Source: an uncultured Peptococcaceae bacterium (GTDB taxonomy: Bacteria; Bacillota; Dehalobacteriia; UBA4068; UBA4997). From it: a DNA stretch of 64,000 nucleotides. Below are positions 60,993 to 64,000 of the stretch, piece by piece. Every line of letters begins with the position of its first letter. Position 1 is the stretch's first letter. The notes under the pieces were generated by a model that searched no databases, was not told the DNA's origin, and was given only the letters and a program-made list of their open reading frames with translations. Location of the stretch: NCBI GenBank assembly GCA_964569265.1, contig CAZMTO010000002.1, forward strand, positions 6,102 to 70,101, given 5' to 3'. A program made the position numbers and the translations under genes.

Positions 60993-62057
60993 ATGACAGG
61001 CAAAAACGGCGAACAACTGTTGGCGGTGCTAAGGGCGGCCTTGCAGCCGTATTTGGCGGGCGATGTGCTGCTGCTGGTGGGTTTTTCCGGCGGGCGTGAT
61101 TCTCTGAGCCTGCTGTGGGGGCTAAAGCAACTGGCCGACACAGACCTAGCCGGCTGTTACCGGCTGGTGGCGGCGCATTTTAATCATAACCTGCGCGGTG
61201 AAGAAGCTGCGGCAGATGAGCAGTTTTGCCGTGATTTTTGCCGGGAAAACGGCATAGAATTTTGCGCGGCTGTGGCTCAAAATTTATCCCCGGATATGCC
61301 GAATTTGGAGCAGGCAGCCCGTGTGGCCCGTTATGCGTGGTTTAACACCCTGCGGCAGCAATACGAAGCACAGGGGCTGGTACCTTACCTGCTTACGGCG
61401 CATCATCTGGAGGACCAGGCGGAAACCGTGCTGTTGCATATGCTGCGCGGCAGCGGTACTGCCGGGCTGGCGGCAATGCGCGCCCAAAGCAGCTGGCAGT
61501 TGCGCCCAATGCTTAATTTGCCGCGCTGTGTGGCGCAGGCTGCCTTGCAGGAGGCCGGGCTTGGCTGGCGTGATGATTCGACGAACAGCAGCTTGCTTTA
61601 CACCCGCAATTATGTGCGTGCCAAGGTAATGCCCGCCTTAAAAAAGGTAAACCCGCGGGCCGAACAGGCTATTGCTCAGGTGGCGCAAATTGCCGCTGCC
61701 GAAGAAGATTATTTTGCGGCACTGCTGGCCGAAAAATTGCAGCGTGCCGAGCTGACATCGGGGCGGGCAGTTTATGTTTGGGCTGATTTTGTCGCAGAAC
61801 CTTTGGCTATACGCCGGCGTTTGGTGCGCGCACTTTGGCAGGCGGTAACCAACAGGCCGGTTTGCCCGCTTACCCTGGCGCAGACCGATGCCGTTATAGC
61901 GTTGGCGGCCGGGCAGAGCGTAAATTTGAGCGGCGCGGTGCTGGCGGCAAGGCGCGGTAAAAAGCTGATATTTAGTATGCCAACTGCCGAAGCCCTGCAA
62001 AGGCGGCAGCAAAAAAGCCGCAGTGGTCAAAAAAGGGCAGCCGGTGCAAAAGGATAA
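60993..62057 (+). CDS. tilS: tRNA(Ile)-lysidine synthase (short form).
   Basis: PP-loop LLVGFSGGRDSLSLL. AHHLEDQAET motif. tilS-ftsH synteny. Confidence 0.88.
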   Translation: MTGKNGEQLLAVLRAALQPYLAGDVLLLVGFSGGRDSLSLLWGLKQLADTDLAGCYRLVAAHFNHNLRGEEAAADEQFCRDFCRENGIEFCAAVAQNLSPDMPNLEQAARVARYAWFNTLRQQYEAQGLVPYLLTAHHLEDQAETVLLHMLRGSGTAGLAAMRAQSSWQLRPMLNLPRCVAQAALQEAGLGWRDDSTNSSLLYTRNYVRAKVMPALKKVNPRAEQAIAQVAQIAAAEEDYFAALLAEKLQRAELTSGRAVYVWADFVAEPLAIRRRLVRALWQAVTNRPVCPLTLAQTDAVIALAAGQSVNLSGAVLAARRGKKLIFSMPTAEALQRRQQKSRSGQKRAAGAKG

Positions 62058-62160
62058 TGCCGCCCGGCGGATATAATACCTGCACAGGGGAAAAAATTTA
62101 ACAGACAGTTAAAAATATGCGGCTATCATTAAAGCTGTCAGGATAATCTACAAATATAAA

Positions 62161-62190
62161 TTGAAATTTACCCATAGGGTGTGTTATAAT
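62161..62190 (+). promoter_or_regulatory. Candidate extended -10 promoter of ftsH.
   Basis: TTGAAA, 18-nt spacer, TGtTATAAT. The GTTATAAT octamer is tandemly duplicated (62183-62198). Confidence 0.5.
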
Positions 62191-62300
62191 GTTATAATGT
62201 AATGCGTTAAGCTTTATGGAAAATTTTGGCAGAGCCGGCTTTTTAAGGGCGGCAGCCTGTTTGCAGGGCAATTTTTTTTGGTAAGGAGTGAAACTTAGGT

Positions 62301-64000
62301 TTGCAAAAGCAGTTAAAAAACATTACTATTTTTTTGCTGTTGGTTTTAATGGTGGTGTATTTGTATACCATATCGGCCGATACGGCGGTAAAAGCCAACG
62401 AGCTAAGCTATATGGGTGAGTTCCGCCCGATGGTGACTACCGGTGAGGTGGTAAGCGTTAATGTGCAGCCCCAGGGAGACGGCACAACGGTTTATACCGG
62501 TAAGCTGAGCGATGGCACCGAATATTACACACAGGGGCCTTCGGACGATACGATATCGCAGTTTTTTGAAGAAAACGACCTGACTAACGTAGTTTATAAC
62601 GGTGTGCCGGAGCCAAGCTTCTGGTCGCAGTTGCTGTTGTCGCTGCTGCCGATATTGCTTATTGGCGGTATGCTGTTCTTTATGATGAACCAGGGACAAG
62701 GCGGCGGCAAAATAATGCAGTTTGGCAAAAGCCGTGCGCGCCTGCATATTGATGAAAAAAAGCGCATTACCTTTAAGGATGTAGCCGGTATTGACGAAGT
62801 AAAGGAAGAACTGGCCGAAGTGGTAGACTTTTTAAAGTCACCGAAAAAATACAACCAGTTGGGCGCCAAAATACCCAAGGGTGTGCTGCTGTATGGCCCG
62901 CCCGGCACCGGTAAAACCCTGCTGGCCAAGGCAGTTGCCGGTGAGGCTGGTGTGCCGTTTTTCACCATCAGCGGTTCGGACTTTGTAGAAATGTTTGTGG
63001 GTGTCGGTGCGTCTCGTGTGCGTGATTTGTTTGATACCGCCAAAAAGCACGCGCCCTGCATTATCTTTATTGACGAAATTGATGCGGTTGGCCGCCAGCG
63101 TGGCAGCGGTGTAGGCGGTGGCCACGACGAACGCGAGCAGACACTTAACCAGTTGCTGGTAGAAATGGACGGTTTTTCGGCTAATGAAGGTATTATTGTT
63201 ATTGCCGGCACCAACCGCCCGGATATTTTAGACCCTGCATTGCTGCGCCCCGGCCGTTTTGACCGTCAGGTTGCCGTAAGTGCGCCGGATTTGCCCGGCC
63301 GCGAGGCAGTGCTTAGAGTACACGCGCAGGGCAAGGCTTTGGCCGAAGATATTGATTTAAAGGTTATTGCCAAGCGTACCCCCGGCTTTACCGGCGCTGA
63401 TTTGGCTAACCTGCTTAATGAAGCAGCCCTGCTGGCTGCCCGCCGTAACAAGCTTAAAATTGGTATGGATGAGCTGGAAGAAGCCGTGGAGCGCGTTATT
63501 GCCGGCCCGGAAAAGAAATCCCACGCGATGACCGACCGCGACAAAAAACTGGTGGCTTACCACGAAGCCGGCCACGCTGTAAGCTGTTATTATCTTAAAA
63601 CCACCGACCCCGTACACAAGGTAAGCATTATACCGCGCGGTATGGCCGGCGGTTATACCCTTATGCTGCCTAATGAGGATGTAAACTTCCACACCAAAAC
63701 CGCGATGATGGAGCAGGTGGTGGTTATGCTGGGTGGCCGCATTGCCGAACAGCTTATTTTGGGCGATATAAGTACCGGTGCCAGCAACGATCTGGAACGT
63801 GCTACCGAAATTATTCGCCAGATGATAACCCGTTACGGTATGAGCGAAAAGCTGGGCGCACTTACCTTTGGCACTGATCACAGCCAGTTGTTTTTGGGCC
63901 GCAGCCTTGGCACCGAACGTAATTACAGTGAAGAAATTGCTTTTGAGATTGATAAAGAAGCCAAGCGCTGGATGGATGCCTGCTATCAGCAGTGTACCGA
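62301..64000 (+). CDS. ftsH: ATP-dependent zinc metalloprotease FtsH (3'-truncated by the window end).
   Basis: Not in the ORF track because no stop falls in the window. TTG 62301 is the first in-frame start after a TGA. TM helix [15 protein letters not shown]. Walker [31 protein letters not shown] zinc motif (~63560). Confidence 0.92.
   Translation, partial: MQKQLKNITIFLLLVLMVVYLYTISADTAVKANELSYMGEFRPMVTTGEVVSVNVQPQGDGTTVYTGKLSDGTEYYTQGPSDDTISQFFEENDLTNVVYNGVPEPSFWSQLLLSLLPILLIGGMLFFMMNQGQGGGKIMQFGKSRARLHIDEKKRITFKDVAGIDEVKEELAEVVDFLKSPKKYNQLGAKIPKGVLLYGPPGTGKTLLAKAVAGEAGVPFFTISGSDFVEMFVGVGASRVRDLFDTAKKHAPCIIFIDEIDAVGRQRGSGVGGGHDEREQTLNQLLVEMDGFSANEGIIVIAGTNRPDILDPALLRPGRFDRQVAVSAPDLPGREAVLRVHAQGKALAEDIDLKVIAKRTPGFTGADLANLLNEAALLAARRNKLKIGMDELEEAVERVIAGPEKKSHAMTDRDKKLVAYHEAGHAVSCYYLKTTDPVHKVSIIPRGMAGGYTLMLPNEDVNFHTKTAMMEQVVVMLGGRIAEQLILGDISTGASNDLERATEIIRQMITRYGMSEKLGALTFGTDHSQLFLGRSLGTERNYSEEIAFEIDKEAKRWMDACYQQCT

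Overview
This 64-kb chromosomal window comes from a Gram-positive anaerobe of Clostridia type. That assignment is inferred from SLH, cohesin and dockerin proteins and from pth-mfd, dgt-dnaG-sigA, walJ-htrA-rlmH and tilS-ftsH synteny; the species cannot be identified from sequence alone. Positions 1-24.6 kb form an accessory block of six very large secreted or wall-anchored proteins, all on the + strand. Five of them (6563-24217) look like one operon that begins with a poly-T-containing promoter and a cobalamin riboswitch. The operon encodes a cellulosome-like cohesin-dockerin/SLH assembly. Its modules are a subtilase, PQQ-like beta-propellers and transcobalamin-like DUF4430 domains rather than carbohydrate-active enzymes. 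This is my lead candidate for an undescribed system: a cell-surface corrinoid-capture complex induced by B12 starvation. The SLH-anchor ends of the first and last giant genes, plus about 300 nt of non-coding 3' sequence, are duplicated, and part of the non-coding segment is better conserved than synonymous sites. Positions 24.8-64 kb are mostly housekeeping: EF-G paralogue, prsA-like foldase, mfd, pth, trmL, yigZ, dgt, dnaG, sigA, secG, H+/Na+-pyrophosphatase, walJ-like MBL hydrolase, HtrA, rlmH, tilS and a partial ftsH. This stretch is interrupted by a corrinoid-salvage neighbourhood (cbiB, a DUF4430-led ECF transporter operon, cobD). It also holds two tRNAs with an att-like duplicated tRNA 3' end, and an XRE-desulfoferrodoxin fusion regulator. 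I recognised no CRISPR array, rRNA, transposase or integrase gene. All domain calls come from motif recognition by eye, not from searches.
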